In this document: in pieces, positions 25,174 to 39,396 of the stretch
Layout: every line of letters starts with the position of its first letter
Numbering within the stretch: the first letter of the stretch is position 1
Source of the DNA: Eledone cirrhosa
Lineage: Eukaryota
Length of the DNA stretch: 64,000 nt
Assembly (NCBI GenBank): GCA_964016885.1
Contig: OZ024740.1
Coordinates: 394,134,001 to 394,198,000, forward strand
Direction of reading: 5' to 3'
Program-made: the position numbers and the translations under genes
Notes under the pieces: generated by a model
Databases searched by the model: none
Told to the model about the DNA's origin: nothing
What the model saw: only the letters and a program-made list of their open reading frames with translations

Positions 25174-25580
25174 GAGTACCAGGTCTTTTAAAGTGCCATA
25201 AACATTAATGATAAGGCGAATGTTTCTAGACAACTTCAGAAACTATAGGGAGAGATTCCCCCATATCGTTGGAACCCCTGATGTAAAAATCACGAGTAGG
25301 CTTTTAAAGGGCTTCCCAAAGGAAACTCCATCTGATTTAGAGGTCAACTACACTATCTCCAACAGCACCGAAGGGTACGTAGCCCCCTTTTTTCTTTTAA
25401 TTCTAACCAGCCAGCATGGTGAATCCATGAGTAGGATGTATAAATCTACGTGGCTTGCGATCGTTCTGGAAGGAAGGTTGCTTGCTCGACGATCTGAGGT
25501 CACTAGCTATGGATGTGATAGCCGTTAACGAGACTAGGATATCTACACGTACGCTCTAGCCCCCATTTTTGACGGCTTGG
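24400..25580 (+). pseudogene. Decayed Tx1-like 5' part (ORF1 remnant plus start of endonuclease)
   Basis: From 25416 the + strand reads MVNP*VGCINLRGLRSFWKEGCLLDDLRSLAMDVIAVNETRIS, homologous to the ORF2 start at 10756. It is preceded by Thr/Asn-rich ORF1-like sequence. Confidence 0.65.
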
Positions 25581-26666
25581 TTGTAGGAGATGCAAATCGT
25601 CCAGTTTGGATTGTCTTTCCTACCAGTTTTAAGTACACAAGCCCTGAGGTCCTCGAAGTTGTCTACTGCAACAGGAAGAATAAATGAACAAGCCACAACG
25701 CATCAACTGATTTGGGGACCATAACAATCATGTTATGATTTTAAGCCCGATACCATAACCATCAAACCACCTTCCTTAACTAGTTGATCCTGTAGCTTTC
25801 GTACTCCGACAGTACACAGCAGGTAAAAGTAGTTTCTATCCTTGTGATAAAATATTCTACTCTGTTCTAAAGCCACAATATTCTTTTGTGTTGGTTAATC
25901 CCAAGTCATCCCTGATAGAATATATTTGTGATTGGACTCGCTCTAGATGTCACCTGCTTGATATTTGTTATACCAAGAACTTCATTGTCAAATGTACCCT
26001 TCCATTTGTAATTTCAGGAAAATTTAGCTGCGATTAATTGCTTATTTTACATAACCAATATCTAATTGGAATTTAAGGTTCATCAAGTAAGCAATAATTT
26101 CTAGCTGTTTGGAATACGCATCACAGTATTTAAATTTGGACTAAAGTATCACAATATTTAAATTTTATTTGGTGTTGGCCGTGTGGCTACGGAATTAGAT
26201 CCACATCTCTTGGCTCCAGGTAAATAATCAGTTGAAGATAATCTATGTCTAAAAAGAAAAATACCAGTGAATCGTTGCCCATATGATACCACAAACATAT
26301 GTAGCAACTATGTTAATTTCTGAATCAAGTTTGGCCAGGGGCTAGCAACACAAATTTATCTTTAAATATTTCACTCTTCAAGGTAGTTTAATCCAAAGTA
26401 CCTTAATTCCCTTATTTCTCTACCTCTCCCATGTTTCTCTCATCTCTGGTTTTATTTCTCCTATCTTCGTATTTCTACCAATCTATTCTACCTACTTCTA
26501 TCAAGCATCCATTTATTTATTACCTCCTACCTTTAACTTCATTTCGTAATGTCTCTTTTCCATTGTCATATTTCTTCTTCTTCTTCTTCTTCTTCTTCTT
26601 CTTCTTCTATCTCACCCTCTTTCTCGCGCTCTCTCTATACACACACACACACACACACACACAGAC

Positions 26667-26714
<48 letters not shown>

Positions 26715-26885
26715 AATTTAAAAAAAAGAAAATGTTCGCTCTACATGGCTGAATACAATAAATGTAATCTGAGTTTTTCGAATATTAATAATAACATTCG
26801 ATTCGTTTGCAATTTTGCAAACAAGCCTCAATTTTAAAGCCATGTTAGTAGAATGAACTCTTCATTCTTGCTCTTGTGTTGGCAT

Positions 26886-26951
26886 GTGAACAGAACTGCA
26901 GACATTAATGTTTCTGGATATCACCCTTCATCAGTACAGCTCACTGTTCAC
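26886..26951 (-). ncRNA. Type I hammerhead ribozyme motif
   Basis: Reverse complement: GUGAACAG UGA GCUGUA CUGAUGA AGGGUGAUAUCCA GAAA CAUUAAUG UC UGCAGU U CUGUUCAC. Extended stem I, palindromic stem III and a GUC site are present. The base of stem II is A-A. Confidence 0.7.
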
Positions 26952-27264
26952 CTGCCAAACTCTCAGAGCTAGTGAAAATATATGCTATTTTCAAAAATAT
27001 ACAGTGACTGATCGGCCTGATTTGCATATTAGCAAACTGGCTGATCAGTCAGATCTGCATATTAGCAGATCAACTGATCAGCCAGATTTGCATATCAGCA
27101 GACTGGCCAGTCAGTTCCCTGTATACTAGCGATAAATGGCCGGCTTTGCCAAATTCAAATAAGCAAGAGCAAGAATGAAGTGTTCATTCTACTGACATGG
27201 CTATAAAATTGAGCCTTGTTTGCAAAATTGCAAACGAATCGAATGTTATTATTAATATTCGAAA

Positions 27265-27447
27265 GGCGGTGGATTGGCATCGGTAGAGGGTCGGACGCCA
27301 TGCTTTGACGCATAGAGTTACGGTCTTTGCCATTCTGAGTTCAAATCCCGCAGATGTTTACTTTGCCTTTCATCTTTACGGGGTCGATAAAATAAAGTAC
27401 CAGTAATGCACTGGATATTTGCTGGCCTTGTGCCAAAAGTAGAAACA
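27265..27447 (+). mobile_element. tRNA-derived SINE (family A) with 17-bp TSD
   Basis: TSD ATTATTAATATTCGAAA at 27248-27264 and 27448-27464. Confidence 0.92.
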
Positions 27448-27488
27448 ATTATTAATATTCGAAAAACTCAGATTACATTTATTGTATG

Positions 27489-27572
<84 letters not shown>

Positions 27573-27728
27573 TATACATATATATACATATATATACATA
27601 TATATATATATATGTGTGTGTATATATAGATATGTGTGTGTGTGTGTGTATATATATATATAATTACATATATATACATATATATACATATATATATATA
27701 TATATGTGTGTATATATATATATATGTG

Positions 27729-27796
<68 letters not shown>

Positions 27797-28701
27797 TAGA
27801 TACATAGATAGAGAGGAAAAGAGCGAAGGTTTGTATTGTATTGGTGTTTGTGTATGTGTATGCGCGGGCGTAATGGTCTTCTCTAAATGATGTCTACTGT
27901 TTGAAATGAAATGATTTGAGAGAAAGTAGAATGGACGCACACATCAATACACACACAGACGTAGATCTATGCAAACACACACACACATACACACATACAC
28001 ACATACACACACGCTCATACACACATATATATATAAATAAACATATACACCATTCCCAAACAACTAAAAGAATGCTACAAAAAGATCAAAAACTAACAGT
28101 ACGTATGGCAAAATAAATAACATCTTCGTTAGGAGTCCTAGATTGTTCATCAAAGAAGAATATGAAGATGCACTTGATGTGCAAGAAGAAAGAGACATCA
28201 TCATCATCATCATTTCATTTTACGTCCGCTTTTTTCCTGCTTGCAAGGGTGGGAGAGAGAGAGAGACCAGCGAAGTAAATATATTGAGAGAGCGAGAGAG
28301 AGAGGCCAACAAACTAAATATATTGTGAAAGTGATAGAGAGAGAGAGAGAGAGGATGGCACAAACATAGATTGGCTTCGTAATAGTGAACATCAAAGCCT
28401 TATAGTTTTGGATCCCAGTATCGGATACAGACCACTCTGCGCCACTGACTTATGATCTGCAACTATTCCAATTTAAAAGGCTTTACTTCTGAAACTTGTT
28501 TATCTTTCTCTTGTTTAATTTTTTTACCTCTGATTTCTTTTTGATTTGTTTTATCATTTTAGTTTTTTGTTTTTATTTCACTTGTGAGGCTTGTTTGTAT
28601 GGATGTAGGTTGTATTCTTGTTCCACTTACCTCAGATGAAACGTGTGCACATATTCATATATACATATATACAGGCATACAATTACAGAAGCATATATAT
28701 G

Positions 28702-28780
<79 letters not shown>

Positions 28781-28909
28781 TTATACACAGGCACAGGCAT
28801 ATATACACACAAATATATATATGTGTATATGTGTATATTTATATATGCATGTGCATGTATATGCATGTGTATATTTACGTATATATTTATATATATATAC
28901 AGACATACA

Positions 28910-28967
<58 letters not shown>

Positions 28968-29199
28968 CAACCATATTTAAATGTATATCTATATATATAT
29001 ATATATTACGTATGTATGTTTCTGTGTTCTACATTCATTTTGCAACTTTTCATTAGAGTTTAAAAAATATGAAACCACGCTTGTTGCCGTAATGGAGAGT
29101 GAAAAATCGAGGGAGGAGAAAAGAGAGATGTATAGGAAGAGTGTTGAAAGCAGTAAAGATAGCTAGAAGAAACAATTATTTAGCCTGCGTGTTCGTACG

Positions 29200-29262
<63 letters not shown>

Positions 29263-29264
<2 letters not shown>

Positions 29265-29420
29265 AAAAGAGTCAGGAACCCGACGGCTGAGCTCCGGCCG
29301 TTTCGACGGATCTAGGTGTCGAAACGGCCAGAACTCAGCCGTCCGGGTCCTGACTCTTTTCCTAAGTATCGAGTACTCTGGTACGTTGTGATCTAACTGG
29401 GACCTCACCACACTTTCTTT
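29263..29420. repeat. Short hairpin element (100-bp stem-loop plus tail) next to (TA)n
   Basis: 29263-29362 self-pairs. The tail 29364-29420 is related to the reverse complement of repeats at 53925-53980 and 54055-54110, and the right arm resembles 14369-14425. Confidence 0.75.
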
Positions 29421-29934
29421 GTTACATATATATGTGTATGTGTTTGTGTGTGTGTGTGGTTTAAGCGCTTATTCATGAGTGAGGGCTAGTTTCTTTGATC
29501 TTAGCAGTGTCTCACAGTCAAGAAACCTTGTAAGTTCGATACAAGACATGATTATCAGGAATTTGACATCAGCAGGAAGAGGGATTCCAGTCAGGGATAG
29601 AGAGAATGTGTAGTGTTCCGGGCTTGAGCAACTAAGGAGTTTAATATCTTTTGAGTAGGCCTACCTGTGTGGATACGATATGTAACTAGCTAGTTAAGGT
29701 ACCAGAAATATTGTAGTAGAACACGATGAAGCAGGGAGGGCACGGATGTTGTATTATGCTGGTGAGTGAGTCATTGCCAATGAGACGAGCAACCATATTT
29801 CATGTTCATTTACATGGAAAGATGACGGACAATTTCAAGTATGCGAACGATTACTCAACACAAAAATGAACAGATGTACATACAAACATCCATCCGTCAT
29901 GCATTCTTTAAGTAAATACATTTATGTATGTATG

Positions 29935-30267
29935 TTCTTCTGGTTTATAATTTCACAAATGTTTACCAATAGAGAGAGAGTCAGTTTCTCACATAGATAT
30001 AAAACTATCTCATTGGAATTTACACAACATCAACTAGGTAGATATGTCTACATGTCTGCATGTGCAGGTATGGATGTTTTTGTATGTGTGCATGTGCATT
30101 TGCTTTGTGTCTGTACATGTGTATATGCAGTTATTAGATGCAGAATTTTTGGAATGTTTTACATATTTTTACTGTTCCATTAATGGAATGTGCTTGTATT
30201 TTCTTAACTAGTCGTATTCTTTCAGTTTCTGTGAAGCCCAGATTCTCAAGATTTGTATTGAGGCAGT
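29935..30267 (-). mobile_element. R4-type LINE 3'-end copy (CATA-associated family)
   Basis: Diverged duplicate of 30363-30730, flanked by (TATG)n. Confidence 0.8.
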
Positions 30268-30362
30268 GTGTATGTATGTATGTAAGTATGTATGTGTGTA
30301 TGTATGTATGTATGTATGTATGTATGTATGTATGTATGTATGTATGTATGTATGTATGTATG

Positions 30363-33300
30363 TTCTTTTGGTTTTATAATTTCACAATATTTTGCCAATA
30401 GAGAGAGAGAGAGTCGGTTCTAACATAGACACAAGACTCTCTCATTGGAATTTACACAACATCAACTAGGTAGATATGTATGCATGTCTGCATGCATGTG
30501 TAGATATGGATGTTATTGTATGTGTAGATGTGTATGTTTTGAGTTGCATGTGTGCATGTGTATATGCTTTGTATCTGTAAATGTGTATATGTAGTTATTA
30601 GATGCAAAATGTTTGGAGTGTTTTACATATTTTTACTGTTCCATTATGGATTGTACTTGTAATTTCCTAACTAGTTGTGTTCTTTCTGTTCCTGTGAAAC
30701 CTAGCTTCTCAAGATTTGTATTGAGGCAGTTACTAACATATCCCAGTTCCCCCAATAATCACAGGCATATATCTGAAGGTGTAATCAGGGTGGAGTATCT
30801 GCAGATTTCTCATCAGTTCTGCATAAATATTCTCCTTTTCGCTAATCTTTGATATTATATTGGCATCTGCTTGACAGCTCAATTCCACTACTGTGCATGC
30901 CCTCTTTTCCCTGTCCCATATCATAATAACTGGTTTGTTATGCCTGCATTTTATTAGGGTTTTTACTGGAACATTCCACCAGTACTCTTTCATATTATGT
31001 ATATGTATGTCTTCCATATTGCTGTAGCTTTTAATGTGTTTATTATCGGGGCTATCTTTTCTACGGATTGCATTGTACAGTGTTTTGGCCACTACATCAT
31101 GCCTCATAGGTAGATAGTACCGCGTTGACATCTTTGGACAGCTGCTTATGACATGGGTGACATCTTCAATGTTAATTCTGCAGAGTCTGCACTTGTCATC
31201 ACATCTAGGTGTTTTGACTGCATCCCTAACTCTTTTGTGAATCCGGTATTTCGTGTTAATTTCCTGTTCTTGGATTGCAAAAGCGTATCCTTCAAAGTGG
31301 GAGCCAATATAGCAGTTGTTGGTCCAAGATAGACTACTTTCTTCAGCTATATTACTTTCACTCTGGAGCTTCCTGGCAACATGATTTTTTGCTGATAAGC
31401 ATGCAGTTTTTCATCCATGGATTCACTGTGATACTGCTGAGCAGCTTCCCTGGGTTTCAGGTTATGATTATCACACAGGGAATACCTCTCGAGGAGTTCC
31501 TTCCCAACTCTCATGATCTTATCTGTTTCATGCAGATAGACTTGCTCATGAGACGGGCTCCTACGCTTCGAGGTTCGTAGATGTTGTCGGAGGGATATGA
31601 TGCGATATTCAAATGCTGTCTGGACTGATGTTAGGCCTCTGCCTCCCTGCTTATGTTTCAAGTAAAGGCGGTCTATGTCACTGTTGATTTGGAAGTTTCC
31701 GGTGTTGTTTAGTACTTTTCGAGTTCTAACATCAATCGCTCGGATTTCGTCTTTCGTCCAATTGTGTATTCCAAAAGTTGGTGTTAGGACAGGCATAGCA
31801 AACACATTGTGAGCCATTGTTTTGTTTTGCGCAGAGAATTCCAATGACCATATCTTTCTTAATCGGGTGTAGTATTCCCTGGTTACGCGTTCCTTATTAC
31901 AGATACCATTATAGGATATGTTCTTATCTATCCCCAGGTATCTGTAGCAGTCCTCATCAGGTTTTGGTGTAACAGTTAGGCCATTGATAAAAATGTTGCT
32001 AGATTGGGTTGTTGTTTTTCCCCGCTTTACTGTCATATATGAGCATTTATCTTAGCCAAACTCCATTCCTATATCCTTTGAGAATGTTGTAACCAGGTCA
32101 AGATTTCTCTTCATCCCATCCATGTTCTTGGCATAGAGTTTCAGATCATCCACAAAGAAATTATTAGTTAGGTTCGTATTTCTGTCCTCCTGTGAGCCAA
32201 TGATGTATCCTTCACATTTCTTGACCAGAAAGGACAAAGGGTTTAATGACAGGATGAATAATATCACAGAGAGACTGTCTCCCTGAAATATACCCCTGCG
32301 ATATTTCATTTTATCAGTGAAAATAGAGTCCTCCTTCTCTGTTTTTAACTTTAGGATAGTAGCCCAAAAAGAAGACAGCTTCTCTATTATAATAATGTCT
32401 GGGGCTTTAGCAAGTCGGAGGGCCTCTATCATCCAAGAGTGGGGAACAGAGTCGAAAGCTTTCCTGTAGTCCAGCCAGACTGTAGCCATATTCCTCCTAA
32501 GTTACCACACCTCCGATATCGCAGTTTTCTCATCTTGGAGTTTTCTTATGGTGTTTTCTTATCTTGGAGTTTTCCTATCACAGTCTCAAGGGTACCCTCA
32601 CTTATTTCGTATGTGTAGGAGCAATAGTTCTTTTGAATTTCTTTTAGCCACACTGCATCTTGGTTGAAATTCTTCTTTTCACCCCATATTTTGCTCCAAA
32701 AGGAATCTATGTCTTTTTGGGATGGGGCCTCAGTGACACTTATTATTTTGCCCTTCATATCTCTATAGACTGATGTTTGGTTTCATCTGAATCTTTTATT
32801 AAGCACTTTTCTTTCATCTACCTTCTTCAGGTATCGCCGTTTTTCGCTAACAGATCTCAATTCTTGTTTGAGAGTGATCAGCTTATATTGAAGAGTTCTG
32901 GTTCTACTGTTACCAAACATCGTCTCTATTTTATTTTTCACTCTTTGTTGGTGAGGAGTGAAGTTTTTTTGTGTTTGTTTGCATGTAAGGAGCATTATCA
33001 CATATCCTATGGTTTTTCGTAGGTCAACAATCTTTTTTTCTATTTTAGATATATATGATGGTATTTTAGGTGGTGTTTTGTTCTTGTTAATATCTCTGCT
33101 ATCACCAAGATAATGCTTCACTGTCGTTGTTAAGGCATATAAACAGGCGTTGATTTGCCAAAATATTGGGGGTTTTATCCGTCGTAAATATTTATCCCCT
33201 ATTTTGTCAATAACACGTAATATTTCATTATTTGTTTTTTTTTATTAAATATTGTTGTTTTAAAACGTTCAGCAAGAGAAATGTTTATAAAAAAATGAAT

Positions 33301-34022
33301 TAATTTCTCTCTGGAAGATTTCGTTGAGGGAAATTTTAAGTTGTTTATACTTTTGATTATTATCATTAACGATAGTATTTTCCACAATAGTCGAGGTAGA
33401 CTCGGATGGTACACGTGGTGTCAAATTTCTTCGATTATTATTATTATTTATTCGATTATTATTATTATCGATAGTGTTTCCCCAGCATTCGAGGTAGACT
33501 TAGATGGTACACGTGGTGTCAAATTTCTTACAGGCATAGTTGTTTCAAAGCACTGTTCGACCTGGCTGCTAGGAAATCTAGTAACATGGCGACCTGTAGC
33601 ACGTGTTGTTGATTCCATGTTTGTTGTGGGGGACTTACAATTATTATTTATCTTATTTTAATAAATCATCCTTAAGTTGACAACTCCAAGAGAAATGCGA
33701 TTTATAATTTCGGTTTCTTCTGTAGCTACAACTGAATAAATTTTGTTAACCTTTCTCGTTTTTCTTCGATACTCCACTGATGTTGTTGTTGATGTTGTGT
33801 TCAGCCATGCTGTTTGTAGCAAATCCTTTAAAATGAATTATGTATTTAGTCGGATATCTCTACGAATTCGAATAAAAGGTGTCTTCAATAGATATAGTTA
33901 GAAGAATATCCAGTTATTCAACATGACTGGTAGTTGTGGCATTACTGTCGGAGATAGTATTCATCTTAAATTTAATGAATAGTCTGCCACACCAAAATAT
34001 GCGACTGATCGCGTTGACTGAC
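30363..34022 (-). mobile_element. Near-full-length decayed R4/Dong-type LINE flanked by (TATG)n
   Basis: Fragments carry DYRKAFD, GIFQGDSLS, FFVDD, YRYLG, GGRGL, RHDVVA and HNKPVIMIWD motifs with many frameshifts. The 5' boundary is inferred from the microsatellite. Confidence 0.85.
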
Positions 34023-34109
34023 TATGTATGTATGTATGTATGTATGTATGTATGTATGTATGTATGTATGTATGTATGTATGTATGTATGTATGTATGTG
34101 TCTATTATG

Positions 34110-34197
<88 letters not shown>

Positions 34198-36904
34198 CAA
34201 ACTGATGTAAAAGATACAGAAGCGAAAACCAACCAAACAGTGAGTGTGTTTTGTTATTAATTCTGGCAATATTATTACAACAATATGACCCTCACCAAGT
34301 ATAACAATATATATATATATATATACGATTGAATGATAAATCATCCGTCTGTTTCGACGTTGAACATTCAACTGATGTAGTGAGAGAATCTATAAGCAAT
34401 TGCGTCAAATGTCACTACTGCAGATTCCCTTTGATGTTTTATGGTCAAATCATTAAGATTTTTATATGTTGAGCATGTGAATCGCTTATGTACTGCAGTG
34501 AATAAAACAAACTATTCAATTATAGAAGGATGCCTGTATTTTACAGTTAGATTTGTTACTATTTTAGACTTGGTTGATTTCGACCAGTATACAGCTGTTC
34601 TCAAAGTCTTGACTGACAACATTTGGATTGAGAGTCAACCATAGTATTGACTCCTCTGCTAGCTGGCATAAAGAAATGGTGCATTCGTGTGAAAAAAGAA
34701 TCACATCTTATTTCTTTGAACTTATCTGAATAACTTATTTTATTGCAATTTTTTTCTTTGTGAACATAAATATGCATCTTCCCCTCCTAACTTAGATATA
34801 GCAGCAATTTCTATCTTACTTTTCGCCTAACCTTTTGTTAGAAGTGTCCTGTGGGCCTTGCTTCGTGTGATTTCGAGAAATGAAAGAAAACTGTTAATCT
34901 TAACTATAATAAAGAAAGGAGTGCTGGACTGCATCCAGAATATAATGCATATATACTTGCGTATAATATCAATATGCACATTACACATGCTAGCAGAAAA
35001 CCACCCGTACACATAATAAATGAACATGGTTAACTTCAACACGATATCTTGAAGTTAATTGAATTTACAAGGTGGTTTGTTAAGTTTATTTTAGTATAGT
35101 GACAATGACAACGTAAGTATTGTAATTTTACTCATGTGTTAACATATATTCCTTTCAGAAATAGGAACTAATATATTTGTTTCCGGAGATATCTTACTAT
35201 GACTATATCATATTGTCTCAAACAGAATACAACGGGGATATATGTATTTTTGTTTATTTGTATTTTGAGCTTCTGGGGATCTTGGTTAATGTAATTACTT
35301 TACAATTATTAAAGTTGCGATAAAAGGCACTTTTAACTTCAGAAACTTATCTTTCACTAAAAAAAGAAGAATTGTTATTAGCTTACCAGGAATGATATAA
35401 TGTTTATGTTGTGTGTCTTGAGCAAATCAGCCTTTTGGAGCCTATTCCGTTTAAGATATTTATTACAGTTGAAAATTATGCGTAAGTGTATTGCAAAAGG
35501 TTTAATCATGAGGCGAACTTACGTCATACACTTGGCTTGTTAGGGTGTTACAGACTTTCTAAGCCGCTGGTACATATCTATACGGATGCATGGACATGAT
35601 GTTGTTTGCGAACAGAATTTTGATTCTAGCCACATGACTATTCATATACTTATATTTAAACATTTATGCATGCAGTTACTAGAGCATCCATAGATCGATA
35701 AAATGCCAAGTGGTTTGAATAGATCCAAATTATTAATATCGAAGCTCAGGAGATATTAACAGATACCTATTACTTCCACATCAGGTGCCATATTGACCGA
35801 CTCTACCTATATCAATTGAGAATTAGTAGAGACATATAAAACATTAGCTCAGATAGTGTTCAGCTGTCATATTGTATTACAGTGAAGCCATGAAAATTAT
35901 AGGTATTGGAAAAAATACAAGTAGAATAAACTCGTGGAACATATATATTTATATGCATGAGAAAAACCAATATTGGGAAATCTGAAAAAGAACTTTTCAG
36001 AAATAATTGACAAGATAATGATACCAAATACAATCCCAAAATTTTTAGAGGAAAATAACTACTCAATGGATAATCGTGGCGAAAAATGTTGCTCTATTAG
36101 TAAAAAATATATATATTTATGCACATATATCACAAAAGCTGGAAGTCCACATCAATAAGGCATTCTCGCTGATTGACCAGCCACTGCAATATCATCTTCT
36201 ATCCTAAAACATGTGACACCTTCTGAAAGAAATAAAAATGCATTTAATCTACACATATATGATAACAGTGATCGGATATGTAAAGTTCCTATAAAGTTCT
36301 AATTTATGTTATTAGTAGTTGTGTAAAATTACCGGTGAGGTATATTGTAAAACTACTAGATAAATTCAATCCATCACCGAGAACGAATAAGAATTAGACG
36401 AGTTATATTTGTTTATAAAAGCTAGGAATATTGTTATTTCGTTCCACTGAACATATTGATAAAATGTAGATACAGTCAATTGGATTATATTCCTTTAGAG
36501 AAGCAGGAATTAAAGTATGTAGTCTCAAAGGAATTAGTTAACAGACTGAAACATTTAAGAAATATAAAAATCTGTATACGAAGAAAAACATAATGCTGCA
36601 TACAAGTAAGTTTTCCAAGAACTGTATATGCTTCTCTCTTTCGTGTGCAACTACAAGCCTGTTGATTAGACCCAGGTACTCTTGATTAAGCAGACATATA
36701 ATTAAAGGTGTTACCCATTTATTTATATTGTTTGCCGCCTATTGCATCTAGGACTATATTAACCAATGCCTTTATTCGCTTTTTGAAAAATAGTGGACTG
36801 TGTTTTGAGGAAACATGGCTGCTACTGCTCATTAGTCAGTCAGGTGATCACGATCACATACAGGCTCTCGTGTGTACGTGGTTGAGCTCCAGTTAAGTCC
36901 AAAC

Positions 36905-36941
<37 letters not shown>

Positions 36942-37783
36942 CACGTATAAATATTCAAACATATCAACAGGAACGAAAGAAGCAAAAACACAAGGACACA
37001 CTAAGAAAGTAAGTAAAACATATAACTGAATGGTGTGTTTAAGTGGCTGCAGACGGTAATCTTTTATAAAGTGATTCTATGGCTTACAGAAGTAATAGAG
37101 ATGTATAATGTTCTCTCAGCAGAGATATTTCAGTCAAGGAAGATAATGTATTTATGAGATAAGCTGGGAATGTACATGCATGTGCGTATGTTTGTTTGGT
37201 AGTGATTTGCTAAGCATAAAAATCGCGAAGAAAGAGATTTAAGTTCGACATAGTAAGTAAAGTTAAAAATGTCACAGATATTTTGTGTGGTATAAAATAA
37301 CTCAAACACAAGGTACAAAAAGTAATTAATTGCCATTACAAGAAGAATTCAGTAGATTTACTTTAGCATTTCCTTTATCAAGAAATGTGATAGACAAACA
37401 AACATACACACACGCATTTCCGTCTCTAGGAGTAATTTACCTATTTTTATCAACTATTGTTGATAGTGATCCATTATAATATTTATGTCAACCGCTTTTT
37501 GACATTGTATGTATGGTCCCGTAACTCCTGATAGAGTACAGAAGATTTCTTCCAGAAAGGATAGAATGTGGGAGAGAGGAAATGAGAAAGAGACATAGAG
37601 AAAGAATTGACCCTAGTACTAGACTAGTACTTTTTTTTATCGACCTTGAAAGGATGAAAAGCAAAGTATACTTAAATGTATGTATGTTTATATATATATG
37701 TATTGAAAATTGAAATGTGAACGTCCAATCGTGGCTCTAATAATAGTTGAGGAAATTGGGTAAAATATTCCTAGAGACAGAAG

Positions 37784-37850
<67 letters not shown>

Positions 37851-37876
37851 ACTTTTCCGTCTCTAGGAGTATTTAT

Positions 37877-37923
<47 letters not shown>

Positions 37924-38379
37924 AACATATATAGACATATATAAACTATGTGGCATTTTCATTGAGAAAAATAAAGAAAAATAATTGTTTCGTTACGAAA
38001 AAATATTTTTTTCGAAAGCGAGACTATCTATTTGTTTATTGTATATTACTCTCAAAATTCACACAGCAAACACAAATAATTTTCGCTAACAAACTCACTT
38101 TGCAAATGCAAAACAAACAAAATGCAACGAACTGTACCGTGATAAATGTTTATGTTTATGTGCAATTTATTACACATATGCTTCACTGCAAATGAATATG
38201 GGATTGTATACAATTTACATCGACGAAAATTCCATTGGATGAGAACTGAAGTAAGCGTGCAGAAAGATAAATTTACTTTCAGATATTACTTAAACGACAA
38301 ATATGAAGGAAAAAGGATTTTTAAAAGTGTTGATATTGAAAGTGAAGTGGACACACATACTATATAGATATATATAAAT

Positions 38380-38421
<42 letters not shown>

Positions 38422-38946
38422 TCATTAGTTAAGCAAAACAAGACCACAAATTTCACAAGGAAGACATTATTAAAAGATTGTCAACATGACTTTACGCTTT
38501 GGCTTCTAACTAATTCACCAATCTCTCTTCTCCTCTCCTATCTCCTCTCCTATCTCCATCTCTCTCTTTAAGATTGGTTACTCTTGAACTGTGTGTGTAT
38601 ATATATACATATATATATACATATATATATATATATGACACACACACACATATATATATATGTATATATATGTGTGTGTGTGTGCGTGTGTGTGTATATA
38701 TATATATACGTATATACATATGTAAGTATGTATATATATATGTATATATTTATGTATATACATATATATAAATGTATATGCATTATTTATATTTGTGTAT
38801 ATATATATATATATATATATACATTCACATACATATATATATGTATGTATATATATATGTATATATTTATGTATATACATATATATAAATGTATATGCAT
38901 TATTTATATTTGTGTATATATATATATATATACATTCACATACATA

Positions 38947-38998
<52 letters not shown>

Positions 38999-39033
38999 CA
39001 TATATATACATATATACACATACACACATACTC

Positions 39034-39064
<31 letters not shown>

Positions 39065-39200
39065 AGTGTGTGTGTGGAGATAGACAGATATATAAGATTC
39101 ATTTAACCTAGATATTGAGTACTCGATTTCTTTTTACATATTCAGTCGTTCTATGTCATAATATACAATATATACATATTCCAATTATACATACATGCAG

Positions 39201-39253
<53 letters not shown>

Positions 39254-39277
39254 TATATACATATATATATATATACA

Positions 39278-39396
<119 letters not shown>

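Larger units (their letters stand above)
26754..27486. repeat. Fold-back element with ~124-bp inverted arms enclosing a hammerhead; right arm interrupted by a SINE
   Basis: 26754-26877 is the reverse complement of 27164-27264 plus 27465-27486. There are three internal ~33-bp tandem repeats at 27005-27115 and (TA)n on both sides. Confidence 0.88.
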
